Origin: Deltaproteobacteria bacterium
GTDB taxonomy: Bacteria; Myxococcota_A; UBA9160; SMWR01
Direction: 5' to 3'
NCBI GenBank assembly: GCA_032128115.1
Contig: JAQBHB010000040.1
Location: 64,001-128,000, forward strand
DNA length: 64,000 nt
The notes under the pieces: model-generated
Told to the model about the DNA's origin: nothing
What the model saw: the letters and a program-made list of their open reading frames with translations, nothing else
Databases searched by the model: none
Shown: one piece after another, positions 63,797 to 64,000 of the stretch
Position numbering within the stretch: position 1 is the first letter of the stretch
How the letters are laid out: each line of letters opens with the position of its first letter
Made by a program: the position numbers and the translations under genes

Positions 63797-63873
63797 CCGA
63801 GACGCCGTCGCTTCGGAGCGCGCCCGGCTGCCGCCCGAGACGCCGTCGCTTCGGAGCGCGCCCGGCTGCCGCC
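63797..63873. repeat. 38-bp perfect tandem duplication upstream of the sulfatase
   Basis: CCGAGACGCCGTCGCTTCGGAGCGCGCCCGGCTGCCGC at 63797 and 63835. Confidence 0.92.
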
Positions 63874-64000
63874 GTCCGGTTCACGGTTGGGCGGGTCCGC
63901 CGCCGCCCGGAAGCGCGGACCAGCTCGGCGGAATCTCGATCTGCTTCCAGTCGACCCAACCGCTGGCCATGGCCGCCGCGGCTCCCCCGGCACACAGGGC

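Overview
GC-rich bacterial chromosome segment. The Cys-rich, Ca-binding secreted proteins and the gene content suggest a Myxococcota/Deltaproteobacteria-type organism (inference). 1-11.8 kb is housekeeping: TonB/ExbB/ExbD, a GldA/F/G-like ABC system, aroA, serA, purA. A tRNA-Lys(TTT) at 11803-11875 anchors a ~15.6 kb accessory region (11876-27500) that has no integrase. That region holds two paralogous ~1800-aa secreted beta-propeller proteins, a 178-bp direct repeat that begins in the tRNA anticodon loop, three small cargo genes and a DUF222-like/HNH endonuclease gene. The most striking signal is a 20-bp palindrome, AACTGGAT-N4-ATCCAGTT, found four times and, by eye, only in this region. Two copies form exact 23-bp inverted repeats around the HNH gene, with an 11-bp direct repeat outside them. 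The other two sit in the tRNA-derived repeats. This suggests a transposase-less, HNH-associated mobile element or cassette array. 27.5-64 kb is mostly ordinary metabolic and envelope genes: HtpX/LemA, a cyclase-STAND ATPase operon, an MMPL/LolA-like/outer-membrane barrel cluster, SDRs, amidohydrolases and a sulfatase. Also notable are many short tandem duplications at gene boundaries and a shared C-terminal 'GLG(F/Y)ELALLLP..RRR' putative sorting signal. All calls are by eye; no database search was run.
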